56,611 nucleotides of DNA from a virus (lineage: Duplodnaviria; Caudoviricetes), in the IMG/VR virus record IMGVR_UViG_3300005077_000420, positions 1 through 56,611 of that record; one strand, given 5' to 3'. Positions 29,806-40,138 of this stretch are shown here, piece by piece (the first letter of the stretch is position 1; each line of letters begins with the position of its first letter). A program made the position numbers and the translations under genes. The notes under the pieces are model-generated. The model was not told the origin of the DNA and made no database searches. It worked only from the letters and a program-made list of their open reading frames with translations.

Positions 29806-30399
29806 TTACTCCATTTCTACTATATTATTTTTTCCAATTACTTGTTTTACTATATTATATGTTTGTTTAGATATACAAGAAATACTATCACAACTTTCAT
29901 AAAAATCCCTATTATAAAATGGAAATGGTAAATCATCCCATACATGATAAAATAAAATAGGTATATACTGACGTATTTCATGTTCAATATTATATAACCA
30001 TAACCAAAAACGAGGATCAGTAAAATGTAATATGGCATCAATTTTTTCTTCTGCCATTAAATATCTTATTAAATCTGCATCTCCATATCCAGATTGAGGA
30101 TATATTCTCATATAATTAGTACCAATTCCAAGCAATCTATCTATTTCTTGCGACATGTCAACAATTTTTCCTTGCTCTGGATGTTTAATTGCACCACCAA
30201 CTTGCACCCATGAATAATGATGTATTGTTTTCATTACTATATCTCTTGATACTGTTCCTACTCCTGATGGCAATCGTAAATCATCACTTAATAATAATAT
30301 TTTTTTTCTATCATTTAATGGTAAAAATGTACTTCTTCTCCACTCTTCAGTTTCTTTCAATTTTAATTCACTTCTATATTGTTCAATATTATTTTCCAT
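29806..30399 (-). CDS. GT4 glycosyltransferase, N-terminal part
   Basis: KKILLLSDD...SGVGTV, FTDPR, YHVWDD and ISKQT; in frame with the downstream ORF across a single TAA. Confidence 0.75.
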   Translation of the reverse strand: MENNIEQYRSELKLKETEEWRRSTFLPLNDRKKILLLSDDLRLPSGVGTVSRDIVMKTIHHYSWVQVGGAIKHPEQGKIVDMSQEIDRLLGIGTNYMRIYPQSGYGDADLIRYLMAEEKIDAILHFTDPRFWLWLYNIEHEIRQYIPILFYHVWDDLPFPFYNRDFYESCDSISCISKQTYNIVKQVIGKNNIVEME

Positions 30400-30410
30400 A
30401 TTTTATTCCT

Positions 30411-30593
30411 TTATAATGATCCAGATATTATTAAATTATTAAACATCGTTTCAATTTCAGAATTATTATTATAAAAATATAATAAAGTATTAACAAAAAT
30501 TTTTAATGTCAAATTTTCATTTTTTATTTTTTTCTCTTGAAATTTTTTATATTGAGTTTTATTTATATTAATTGATGTTAATATATTTTCCAT
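30411..30593 (-). CDS. small protein, possibly ribbon-helix-helix DNA-binding
   Basis: 60 aa; LTSINI strand followed by two helices; AAGGAG RBS. Confidence 0.45.
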   Translation of the reverse strand: MENILTSININKTQYKKFQEKKIKNENLTLKIFVNTLLYFYNNNSEIETMFNNLIISGSL

Positions 30594-30639
30594 TATTTAT
30601 TCTCCTTAAAATATATATGTATATATAAATATATATAAA

Positions 30640-32049
30640 TTAAAAAAACTTATTATTTATCCAATATTTTATTCTTTGTTTTGCTATTTCTATATATCTA
30701 TTATTAATTTCACATGCAATCCAATTAGAAAATCCAGCTTTTATTCCACCAATTATTTCAGAACCCGCTCCTGCAAATGGATAACAAATTTTTTGTTCAT
30801 TAGGAGTTTTAAATAATTTTAATATTTTTTCGCTAAGTGAAATTGGTTTTAATGTTGGATGATCATTACCTCTCGGCAAATGTGTATTACTTATTTTATT
30901 ACTAAATCCATTTCCTCTATATTGATATTCATCATATTTATTTATACCAGCATTTCTTTCTTTATTATTTACTTTTGGACAATAAATATATAAATCATAT
31001 TCACCATTTTCAAAATCGCATTTATGTAAAATTTTTGAACAACCACCAGTATCATCATATTGATTATTTGAATTAGACCATCCTCCACCAAAATTAAATT
31101 TATCTCCATATTTTTTATGAAAATTTTTACTTTTACAACTTGTATTTATACCACTTTGTTTATCTAAAATTTTAGATATTTCAGTATCAATAAATGTTTG
31201 GGCTGGATATCTACCATTTTCATTTAAAACAATTGGATTATCCATTTTTGTATTATTCATTCCCCATCCATCATTAACATTCCGAATATTTCTATTAATT
31301 TTTCTATTAATATTTTTTTCATCAGATGCATTTGTTGGAACTTTACATTTTTCTATATTTAATGCTCCACAACAACATTCTCCATTTCCATTCTCAAATT
31401 CTAATGTATCATATAAACAACTATTTGTTTTATATGGTTTTTGAAAAATCATAATTGTTTCATTTGTTTGTTTAAATGGAGCAATAGAATATCTATATCC
31501 ATTATATTTTTTTGCTAAATCTAATTTAGGTTTAGTTAAATAAACACCTCTATTTTTTCCATCATCTGTCAATATAGTTGAACCAAAACTATGTTTATTA
31601 TCATACTTTCTACCTTTTTTATTTGGATTTTCTTCTATTATTTCTCTTTCTACACCAGCATTTTTATCAATCATTTTACTTAAATCTGTGGATTTAGGAA
31701 ATGATGTAATATAATACCAATATAAACTTTGACATTCTTGAAAACCAGATAAATGAGCATAATATTTAAACAATAATAATTGTCGATCTATACCAAACAT
31801 AATACAATAACCACCATATTTTAATATTCTATATGCTTCATTAAACCAATTTTCCCACCATTTTCCTGTAGGCATATCCCATTTATTCATAAAATCAACT
31901 GCATTTTTATAATCTACTTTACCATCAGAATTTATAATTATTTCAGAACCTAAAGCGTATGGAGGATCACAATAAATAATATCAAAATCAAAATCATTTA
32001 TATTTTTTAAAAATTCCAAACTATCTTTATTTACTATTTCATTATTCAT
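30640..32049 (-). CDS. N6-A/N4-C DNA methyltransferase (beta-type motif order)
   Basis: DPPY near the N-terminus; HPTLKP and PFAGAGS near the C-terminus. Confidence 0.9.
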   Translation of the reverse strand: MNNEIVNKDSLEFLKNINDFDFDIIYCDPPYALGSEIIINSDGKVDYKNAVDFMNKWDMPTGKWWENWFNEAYRILKYGGYCIMFGIDRQLLLFKYYAHLSGFQECQSLYWYYITSFPKSTDLSKMIDKNAGVEREIIEENPNKKGRKYDNKHSFGSTILTDDGKNRGVYLTKPKLDLAKKYNGYRYSIAPFKQTNETIMIFQKPYKTNSCLYDTLEFENGNGECCCGALNIEKCKVPTNASDEKNINRKINRNIRNVNDGWGMNNTKMDNPIVLNENGRYPAQTFIDTEISKILDKQSGINTSCKSKNFHKKYGDKFNFGGGWSNSNNQYDDTGGCSKILHKCDFENGEYDLYIYCPKVNNKERNAGINKYDEYQYRGNGFSNKISNTHLPRGNDHPTLKPISLSEKILKLFKTPNEQKICYPFAGAGSEIIGGIKAGFSNWIACEINNRYIEIAKQRIKYWINNKFF

Positions 32050-32165
32050 TTAATTATATTTTCTATTTTAAATACAAACATTTATTAACATAATATAGTA
32101 TATAATTTATATTAATTATCTTTTTTAAAACCATTAAAGTTTTATTGCAAATTTCATATATACAA

Positions 32166-32606
32166 TTATCTCATTACTATTACTGGTTTATTAATTTTTT
32201 TTGCTTTTAATATTGCATCATATGTTCCTTTACTATCTGAAATTTTAATATCAGGAGGTATAAATGCAAATATTATATCACTATAATCAATTATTTCTTG
32301 ATTTCTTTTAAAAAAATTGGATGGTTTATATGGTTTATTATAATTAAATTTTTCTTTTTTACAATAAGGATTCCAATTATAATGTTCTGGAGGAAATGAT
32401 ATATATTTTACTCCAAATTCTAATGCCATTTTTTTTGCAAATCCATCTGCTCCATATTTTTGTTCTCCACTAATTATTTCTATATCATTTGCACCATATT
32501 GAGTTATTAACCATATAATAAATTTTCTAATTCTTAATTCATTTGTATATTTTCTACTTCCAATTATAGCTATTTTTTTAATTTGTTTTGTCATTTTTTT
32601 TGCCAT
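32166..32606 (-). CDS. SLOG/YspA (DUF2493)-like protein
   Basis: IAIIGSR, IISG...GAD, RNQEI and SKGT. Confidence 0.8.
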   Translation of the reverse strand: MAKKMTKQIKKIAIIGSRKYTNELRIRKFIIWLITQYGANDIEIISGEQKYGADGFAKKMALEFGVKYISFPPEHYNWNPYCKKEKFNYNKPYKPSNFFKRNQEIIDYSDIIFAFIPPDIKISDSKGTYDAILKAKKINKPVIVMR

Positions 32607-32940
32607 TTTTTTTATTTAATATTGTATTCATTACATATTCAAATCTATTTAATCCATGTATTATTTCATGACTTTTATTATATTGATAAAAATATTTATT
32701 TCTACTTTTATTATTTTTAGAAATAATATCAAACCATACAAATTCATCTTTAGGATTTTTATTTGTAAACTGTACAATTGGTAATATATTAAATTCATTT
32801 TCATTAATAAAATTTTCATTTCTCCAAAAAACAACCTTTTTTAATGTATATTGAGAATGAAGATTTTTAATTTTATTTAATATTTGTTCTTTAATACCAG
32901 AAGATAATATATCATTCATATTAATTCGTATTTCTTTCAT
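32578..32940 (-). CDS. hypothetical protein
   Basis: 120 aa ORF, TAATG-coupled. Confidence 0.6.
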   Translation of the reverse strand: MKEIRINMNDILSSGIKEQILNKIKNLHSQYTLKKVVFWRNENFINENEFNILPIVQFTNKNPKDEFVWFDIISKNNKSRNKYFYQYNKSHEIIHGLNRFEYVMNTILNKKNGKKNDKTN

Positions 32941-33596
32941 TACATTTCTCCAAAATTAACTTTTTTTTCTTTTCTAAAAATTAAATAATAACTATGAATT
33001 TTTCTAAAACAACCTTGTTTTTTTGAGTTTTTGATTATTTTATTAAATTTTGTTAATATCACAATATCTCTAAGTGAAAATCCAATATTTCTTGCTATTT
33101 TTATTATATCAACATGAGTATCATAAAATGGTCTACTACCACTTCCATCAGTCATATCTTGACATTTAAAAATTACAAATCCTTTATTTTTCAATATTCT
33201 ATAAAATTCTAATAAACTTTCAGAATACATATTGATCAATTCATCATAAGTATTAAAATATGAAAATCTTGTACACATTAAATCCGTATTTTTAGAAATT
33301 CGATCTCTAAATAAAAAAGGAGGATCAAAAATTATACTATGTAATTCATTTGATTTAAAACATAAATTTCGACTATCTGCTTTAATTACATCTTTATATT
33401 GTGGATTTATATCAGATTTAAAATGTGGTTCTTCAATACCAAATTTTTTATAAAAAACCCCTTTAGAATAAGTAGGGTCTAAATCAAATCTGTTATTATT
33501 TAAATATATTTTTTGAATTGCAGTTAATATATATTTATCCGAATCAGATACACTAACAAATTTCATTGATTCTTCAGTATCAAAAAATTTATTCAT
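32940..33596 (-). CDS. small amino-methyltransferase (DNA adenine methylase-like)
   Basis: DLDPTYSKG, IFDPPF and FKCQD. Confidence 0.75.
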   Translation of the reverse strand: MNKFFDTEESMKFVSVSDSDKYILTAIQKIYLNNNRFDLDPTYSKGVFYKKFGIEEPHFKSDINPQYKDVIKADSRNLCFKSNELHSIIFDPPFLFRDRISKNTDLMCTRFSYFNTYDELINMYSESLLEFYRILKNKGFVIFKCQDMTDGSGSRPFYDTHVDIIKIARNIGFSLRDIVILTKFNKIIKNSKKQGCFRKIHSYYLIFRKEKKVNFGEM

Positions 33597-34497
33597 TAGA
33601 TTTATTACACAATTCTACATATTTATTAAAAGGACATCTTAAACAATTATAATCAACTGGAATTTTTATAAATTTTCCATTATGATTAATATCATTATTT
33701 AAATAACATTGATTCATAAAATCATCAAATCTTTTTAATGTTTTATTAATTGATTGTATTCCAGATGAAGGTGCATATTTTATAATTCTTTTTTGTTTAT
33801 ATGGTATATCATCATATAATTTTCTTTTTAAAATTAAATATTCAATATCTATATTTTTTATAGGTATATTATATTTTTTTGAATAAAAATATTTATATAA
33901 TAAAAGTTGATCTGTTTTTCCAGCATCCCCTTTATCATAACTTTTCCATCCATAAGTAGATGATTTTATATCTATAAAACGATATTGACCAGTTTTTTTA
34001 TTTTTAAGTACAATATCTATATAACATTTAAATAATAGATTATTAATTTCATATTCAAAAAAAATATCTTTTCCAATAAAAATTTCTTTATTTAAATTAA
34101 AATAATCTGTTCGATTTTCTTTTAACCATTCAAGAATTTTTTTTGCATCAAAGAAAAATTCAACCATATTTTGCTTTGAAATAATACTATTTAATTTAAA
34201 ATTAATTTCATCCTCAGTATCATTTAAATATAATAATTTTATTTCATTTTTAACAGCATTATATTGATCATATAAATTATTTTTAAAAAAATTTAAAATA
34301 TCTAATTGATTAGCTACATTAATTCCATTATTAAATAAAGATTCAACATATAATTGAACAGATTTATTAATGGCATTACCAAAAATCATATAAATATTAT
34401 TTTCAAAGGATTTTATTTTATCTATATATAATAATTTCCATTTAAACGGACATGCCAACCAAATTGAATATTGAGAATAACTAATTATATTTGACAT
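33589..34497 (-). CDS. PD-(D/E)XK nuclease (RecB/Cas4-like exonuclease)
   Basis: SYSQ..CP, YID, DIKS, QLLLY and C-terminal CLRCPF...C. Confidence 0.85.
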   Translation of the reverse strand: MSNIISYSQYSIWLACPFKWKLLYIDKIKSFENNIYMIFGNAINKSVQLYVESLFNNGINVANQLDILNFFKNNLYDQYNAVKNEIKLLYLNDTEDEINFKLNSIISKQNMVEFFFDAKKILEWLKENRTDYFNLNKEIFIGKDIFFEYEINNLLFKCYIDIVLKNKKTGQYRFIDIKSSTYGWKSYDKGDAGKTDQLLLYKYFYSKKYNIPIKNIDIEYLILKRKLYDDIPYKQKRIIKYAPSSGIQSINKTLKRFDDFMNQCYLNNDINHNGKFIKIPVDYNCLRCPFNKYVELCNKSNE

Positions 34498-35016
34498 TTA
34501 TATTTCCTCGAATTTAATAATTTTTTTAATTTTTTTATCATCTAATCCATACATTTTACAAATATCAATTATATCATCTTTTTTATTAATTAAAATTAAC
34601 AATTTAATATATTCTTTTGCTTGTTCTTTAGATATATCATAATATTTTACAAATATATCAATCAATTCTAAATTAATATCTATATTACTTTTTCCTTTAA
34701 TATATTTTAAAAATATTTTATTTTTAGGAATTAAAATTGCATATAATCTATATGCAATTTCAATCGGCATATTATTTAAATTATAAGGTTGAATATAATT
34801 TATAATTTGTAACCAATTTTCATTCATTGATAAATATCTATTTATCATATAAATATTAAAATTCTTTTTATCTAATTCAGATGTAAAATAATTTGGATTA
34901 AATTCATTTTGAGTTATATTATTTAAATGATAAAATAAATCTTTTGGTTTATTTTTTTCAATTTCAATATCAGATATAATATCTTCATCAATTTCAGAAA
35001 AAAATTTATTATCCAT
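34498..35016 (-). CDS. clamp loader small subunit (gp62-like)
   Basis: YMINRYLSM and FLKYIK; adjacent to the gp44-like gene. Confidence 0.7.
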   Translation of the reverse strand: MDNKFFSEIDEDIISDIEIEKNKPKDLFYHLNNITQNEFNPNYFTSELDKKNFNIYMINRYLSMNENWLQIINYIQPYNLNNMPIEIAYRLYAILIPKNKIFLKYIKGKSNIDINLELIDIFVKYYDISKEQAKEYIKLLILINKKDDIIDICKMYGLDDKKIKKIIKFEEI

Positions 35017-35317
35017 TCAATTCCTCAGATTTTGATGTATCATCAGAATTGGCTTCTCTTTTTTCATCAAGTTCTAAAAGTTTATTATATAATTTTCCAC
35101 CCATTTCAGCAGGAATTGCACCACATGAAACACAAGCATGAAAATCAATTGGAACTATACTTTCTTTTCCAGTTGGAGATTGTAATGCACTAACTTTTTT
35201 TAAAATTGATATTAATTGAAAATTTCTACTACCACAATTAGAACATTTTATTGTTTCTAATTCAAATATATTAATATTGACATTAGAATTAAGTTCGGGT
35301 GTTTGTACTACAGCCAT
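35009..35317 (-). CDS. Zn-binding hypothetical protein
   Basis: CSNCG...SPTGKE...CVSCG. Confidence 0.65.
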   Translation of the reverse strand: MAVVQTPELNSNVNINIFELETIKCSNCGSRNFQLISILKKVSALQSPTGKESIVPIDFHACVSCGAIPAEMGGKLYNKLLELDEKREANSDDTSKSEELNG

Positions 35318-35329
35318 AAGTTTTCTCCT

Positions 35330-36250
35330 TTATTTTTTACGAGTTATTATATCTATTATAGTTGACATAAAATTAATTTCTTTATCAACCACAAAAGAAT
35401 CAGTTTTTATTCCTTCTGCAATTGCTAAAATAACGTTCATATCATCATTTGGAGAATATTGATCAACAGATTCATATAAAAATCTATAAATTCCCGCAAA
35501 ATCTTTTATTTGATTATCTGCAATTAATTGTCTAACATTTTTAAAAATATTTTTTTTATTCGTATCTTTTAAAAAATCAATTAATTTTATTTTAAAATCT
35601 AAATCAGTAATTTCTCTAACATTAATATCCAATTTACCATTAACAGAATATAATTGAATATATTTAATCATTTTTCTCATATCTGGATAATAAGAATCTA
35701 CAATTACTTTTATATCTTCAACACGAAAACTAACATTTTCTTTTTTTAATATAGAAACTAAATGAAGAGATATACTTTGTTTTGATAATGGCTGAACATT
35801 AAAAACTAAACATCTACTTTTAATAGCATCAATTATTCTTTCTTGATAATTTGCAGTAAGTATAAATCTTGTATTTTTACTATGACTTTCCATAATATTT
35901 CTTAATGCCGCCATTCCATTAACACTCATAAAATCCATTTCATCAAGAATAACAATTTTAATATCAGAAAATCCAACAGTAGATGCAAATAACTTTATTT
36001 TATCACGTACCGTATCAACACTATTTTCATCTGAAGCATTTATATATAAATAATCACAATTTATATTTTCTACTATTAATTTAGCAAGAGAAGTTTTTCC
36101 TCCTCCAGGAGAACCAAAAAATAACATATTTGATGGATCATTATTTTCTATATAAGTAGAAATAACTTTTTTTAATTCATCATTACCAACAAATTCTTTT
36201 AAATTTTTTGGTCTATATTTTTCTTCCCATAAAGAATTTATTTTTCTCAT
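35330..36250 (-). CDS. clamp loader large subunit (gp44/RFC small-subunit-like)
   Basis: WEEKYRP, GSPGGGKT, NASDE, LDEMD and SRC. Confidence 0.95.
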   Translation of the reverse strand: MRKINSLWEEKYRPKNLKEFVGNDELKKVISTYIENNDPSNMLFFGSPGGGKTSLAKLIVENINCDYLYINASDENSVDTVRDKIKLFASTVGFSDIKIVILDEMDFMSVNGMAALRNIMESHSKNTRFILTANYQERIIDAIKSRCLVFNVQPLSKQSISLHLVSILKKENVSFRVEDIKVIVDSYYPDMRKMIKYIQLYSVNGKLDINVREITDLDFKIKLIDFLKDTNKKNIFKNVRQLIADNQIKDFAGIYRFLYESVDQYSPNDDMNVILAIAEGIKTDSFVVDKEINFMSTIIDIITRKK

Positions 36251-36963
36251 TAATACTCTCCAACAATTTCTGCTAAATAATAACTACATTTTACAGCATC
36301 AGATTCTATTAAAATTTCAATAAGTCCTTCATTTGAAATATTTAATATAAAAGTATTTGCTCCTTTATTGGCAAGTAATATTTCTTTTAATGCATTTGCT
36401 GAAAATGAAATTGATTTATCTATTTTCATATATTCAAATGATACTGGAATTGTTATATTAGTATTATTAGCTAATGGATTTCCTATAATAAATTTTCCTC
36501 CATTAACAATTGAAAATGAAGTTGAATTTACAATTGCATTTTTTCCTTTAATATATCTATCAATAAATTCATCATTAATATTAATCCTTGATTGAAATTC
36601 AGGAACCTGTTTTAACCATGATGTTTTTGGAATTACACTTAAATCAGCTAAAGCATAATTAATTGAATATTCTGAATTATGCATTTGAATTGATATTGCC
36701 TTATCTCCTACTGTCATTATATCAAATGAAAATTCATCTTTTAAAATAGAAATTAATTTTAATAATTGAGTAGTTTGCAAAATTCCAATTTCATAATTTC
36801 CACTATCTAAAAAATTATTAACAGACATTTCACCAATCATGTTTTTAGAAACATTAATAAATCGAAAATTTAAATTTCCATTTTCAACTTTCATAACAAC
36901 AGATTCAACTTCACCACCAAGATAATAGCGATTAATAACATTTAAAATAAAATTCTTATTCAT
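36250..36963 (-). CDS. DNA sliding clamp (gp45/PCNA-like)
   Basis: 237 aa beta-rich protein between polB and the clamp loader; YALAD and C-terminal YYL. Confidence 0.75.
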   Translation of the reverse strand: MNKNFILNVINRYYLGGEVESVVMKVENGNLNFRFINVSKNMIGEMSVNNFLDSGNYEIGILQTTQLLKLISILKDEFSFDIMTVGDKAISIQMHNSEYSINYALADLSVIPKTSWLKQVPEFQSRININDEFIDRYIKGKNAIVNSTSFSIVNGGKFIIGNPLANNTNITIPVSFEYMKIDKSISFSANALKEILLANKGANTFILNISNEGLIEILIESDAVKCSYYLAEIVGEY

Positions 36964-36972
36964 TTATCCTCC

Positions 36973-39471
36973 TTAAAAAAATTTATTATTAATTGTAAAA
37001 TTTGGAAAATTCCATTTCATTGCACTATAAAAATCTTCCAATTTACCACTAAGTATTTTATCAAACATTTTATTTTTATCAATATATTTTTCCATAAAAT
37101 TTAAAATTTCCACTGGATCATTATAACCTCGCAATGCAAGCGATTCCATTCCAAATGAATTTTGTTTAAGATATACCCATTTTATTTTTTCACCATTAAG
37201 TATCATTGGGTACTTATTTTGTAAATTATAATATGAAATTAATTCATTATAACATATAGCAGATTTTACATGAACTGGAGTTCCTTTAATCCAATTTCCA
37301 AAGTTTTTACTAATTAATGTATCATTTGTTCCAAATTTTGTAATATTTTTTACTGATGTTGGAACTCCAACATCTAACATCGATAAATTTTTTATATTTT
37401 TATGAAAATCAACTATTTTATTAGTTAATATATTTTCAGATACACCATTTAATATATCTGTTAATACTTCTGTTAATAATGCCTTAAATGAAACTGGAAA
37501 TGATGATCTAATAACATCAAGTCCTTTATAATCAATATAATTTTTACTAATTCCAGATTCATTTATAATCCACAATGCATATCTTTTTTTAGAAGTCCAT
37601 AATCCACTTTTTGCAATAATTTCTTGTTTGATATGAAATCTATGTTTATCAACATTTAAATAATTTTTAGAAAATATTGAAAATGAATCATTCAAAAAAT
37701 CTTGAATATTTTTCACAGTATTAATAATTAAATCAATAAGTTCAGATTCAGTATTCCATTTTTGATTTATTAATGGTAATGCAGGTAAAAATGCCGAATC
37801 AGTATCACAATATAAACAATAATCTTTATTTACAGTATTTAATTTTTTATTATAATACCAATTTGAAGTTCTTTCTACATATTTAATTAATTCAACTCCA
37901 GTATTAGTTACTGCAGAAGCATTATCAATATCAAAAAACCTAAATGAAGGTAATGCAAGAACTCCATATATACTATTTAACATTGTTTTAGATATAGTAC
38001 GACGCTGTTTATAATATTTAGATTTTTCTTTATCTCCTTTATTTCCATATTGTTTCATTAATGCATCATAATTATCTTTTTCTTTATACCATTCATCAAT
38101 AATTAATGGTATTATTCCCTTTTCATCTTGTTTATATATAATTCCATTTAATGAAACAGCATAACCATTTACATCTAATATTTCTTTAATTTTTAATTTA
38201 GATATTCCATTTATCATTTTATCTGATATAATAATATCATAAGAATTATTATTATTTGACATATAATCTATGGGATTCCAATTCATAATTTTTCCAATTT
38301 TAGTTTCTGGAGAAATATTTAATGTAATAACAATATTAGGATACATACTTGTCATATCTAAATCATATATCCAATTATATAATCCTACAATTGGGTCTTT
38401 TACATATGCTCCAGTAAAATTATGTTCATCTTGCTCATCATATTGTTTTCTATTCGGAACTATTAAATTTAATTTTTTCATATAACTAAGAATAGCACCT
38501 TCAATCCATCTACTGGAAAAATATATATCTTCTAATGATACATGACTTTTATTACAAATACCTATTGTTAATTCTATAAAATTTAATTTTAAATCCAATT
38601 CTGATACTAATTTAGTATCTGTTAAAGAATATTCAATAAATTTATTTATATCATTTTTAATTAAATCATTAAGACTTCCATCATATACAACTTTACCTTT
38701 ATTCAATTCAATTTTACAAATATTATCGAGAGTATATGATGATTGTTCTTTAAAAACAAAATTTTTATATAATTCTATATAATCTAAAGATGATATTCCT
38801 GCAATAATATATTTATTGGTTTTCGGATTATATTTAACTATATTTATTGGACTCAATGCATCAGCATAACGATCTCCAAATACATTTTTTAATCTATTAT
38901 ATAAATAAGGTATATCAAAAAAATCAATATTCCATCCTGTTAATATTGTTGGATTTATTTCTCTAAATTTAATTAAAAAAGATAATAACAGTTCTTTTTC
39001 ATTTGAAAATGGTATAATTTCTTCATTATTATTTATTGAATTAGTTATAATATTATCTTTATCTAAAATATATACAATATATTCATCAGAAGATTTATTA
39101 TATAATGATATAGCAGTAATTTCATTATCAGCTACGGTTACATTTGGCAAACCTTTTGAACTTTCAACTTCAATATCAAAAAAAACAATATTATGTTTTT
39201 CAGATGGAGTTTCATTTTCATAATATAAATCAACCAAAACTCTTGTTGAAATATTAACATCAGATTCAAATATTAATCCTTGATCTAAATCATTTTTTGT
39301 CCACCATGACACTTTTTTAACTTTATCACCAAAAATTGTTTTATAATTCCCATTGATATTTTTTTTATAACCATATTTTTGATATTTGAATTTTCGATAC
39401 CCATCTATATCATCCCACAAATGAACTATAGTATCAGTATCAATATATTCAATAAATATATTTTGATACAT
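36973..39471 (-). CDS. family B DNA polymerase (gp43-like)
   Basis: DIE, GWN..FFD, DMTSMYP, KTMLNSIYG, YCDTDS and KKRY; no intein evident. Confidence 0.97.
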   Translation of the reverse strand: MYQNIFIEYIDTDTIVHLWDDIDGYRKFKYQKYGYKKNINGNYKTIFGDKVKKVSWWTKNDLDQGLIFESDVNISTRVLVDLYYENETPSEKHNIVFFDIEVESSKGLPNVTVADNEITAISLYNKSSDEYIVYILDKDNIITNSINNNEEIIPFSNEKELLLSFLIKFREINPTILTGWNIDFFDIPYLYNRLKNVFGDRYADALSPINIVKYNPKTNKYIIAGISSLDYIELYKNFVFKEQSSYTLDNICKIELNKGKVVYDGSLNDLIKNDINKFIEYSLTDTKLVSELDLKLNFIELTIGICNKSHVSLEDIYFSSRWIEGAILSYMKKLNLIVPNRKQYDEQDEHNFTGAYVKDPIVGLYNWIYDLDMTSMYPNIVITLNISPETKIGKIMNWNPIDYMSNNNNSYDIIISDKMINGISKLKIKEILDVNGYAVSLNGIIYKQDEKGIIPLIIDEWYKEKDNYDALMKQYGNKGDKEKSKYYKQRRTISKTMLNSIYGVLALPSFRFFDIDNASAVTNTGVELIKYVERTSNWYYNKKLNTVNKDYCLYCDTDSAFLPALPLINQKWNTESELIDLIINTVKNIQDFLNDSFSIFSKNYLNVDKHRFHIKQEIIAKSGLWTSKKRYALWIINESGISKNYIDYKGLDVIRSSFPVSFKALLTEVLTDILNGVSENILTNKIVDFHKNIKNLSMLDVGVPTSVKNITKFGTNDTLISKNFGNWIKGTPVHVKSAICYNELISYYNLQNKYPMILNGEKIKWVYLKQNSFGMESLALRGYNDPVEILNFMEKYIDKNKMFDKILSGKLEDFYSAMKWNFPNFTINNKFF

Positions 39472-39491
39472 AAATTCTCCAAATATAACAT

Positions 39492-40121
39492 TTATTTAAA
39501 ATCTATTTTCTGACCATTTTTTAAAATATCATTTGCAACATCATTTGTTATTTTATAAAATGTAAGATATTTTCTACTACTTTTAATTCTATATATTATA
39601 GGATTATTTGTACTTATTATATAAACTTTATATCTTTTACGCTTAATTTCAATATCGGTTCTAAAATTATTTATATTTTTTTCATTACTAATAGATGATG
39701 ATATTAAATTATAATTTTTATCTATACATAATATAACAATATTATTTTTTATATTATTAACTGATGCATTATAATTATCTGATAATGGAACATCAACACC
39801 TTTTTCTTTACATAATTTAACTAAATTTTTAAACATTAATCCATGTTGCCCACCGATTTCGTGAATGTTATTTACTAAAATATATTGATGTATCATTTCA
39901 TGACATAAAATTGCAATTACTTGATCATGAGTATAATTATAAAATTTAGATATTGCTATTTTTTCTATAGTTACTTCTTTTGTATTTATATTACGAATAC
40001 CACTAATAAAACCACCTCTTCGTTTACAATTTGCCCAAACCAATTTTGGTTGAATTAATTTACCTTTAAAAATTAATTGATTTAATTTATCGTATTCATG
40101 TGCTAAATTAACATTTTCCAT
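39492..40121 (-). CDS. SprT-like zinc metalloprotease
   Basis: LN..IF.G.L, HEMIH and HG..FK. Confidence 0.8.
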   Translation of the reverse strand: MENVNLAHEYDKLNQLIFKGKLIQPKLVWANCKRRGGFISGIRNINTKEVTIEKIAISKFYNYTHDQVIAILCHEMIHQYILVNNIHEIGGQHGLMFKNLVKLCKEKGVDVPLSDNYNASVNNIKNNIVILCIDKNYNLISSSISNEKNINNFRTDIEIKRKRYKVYIISTNNPIIYRIKSSRKYLTFYKITNDVANDILKNGQKIDFK

Positions 40122-40138
40122 AATTTATAAATATTATT

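Noticed and set aside
33589-34497. Cas4 as partner of the RAMP-like gene
   Set aside because: It lies 28 kb away within the replication operon; such PD-(D/E)XK nucleases are routine in phage replication modules and no cas1/cas2 is present.
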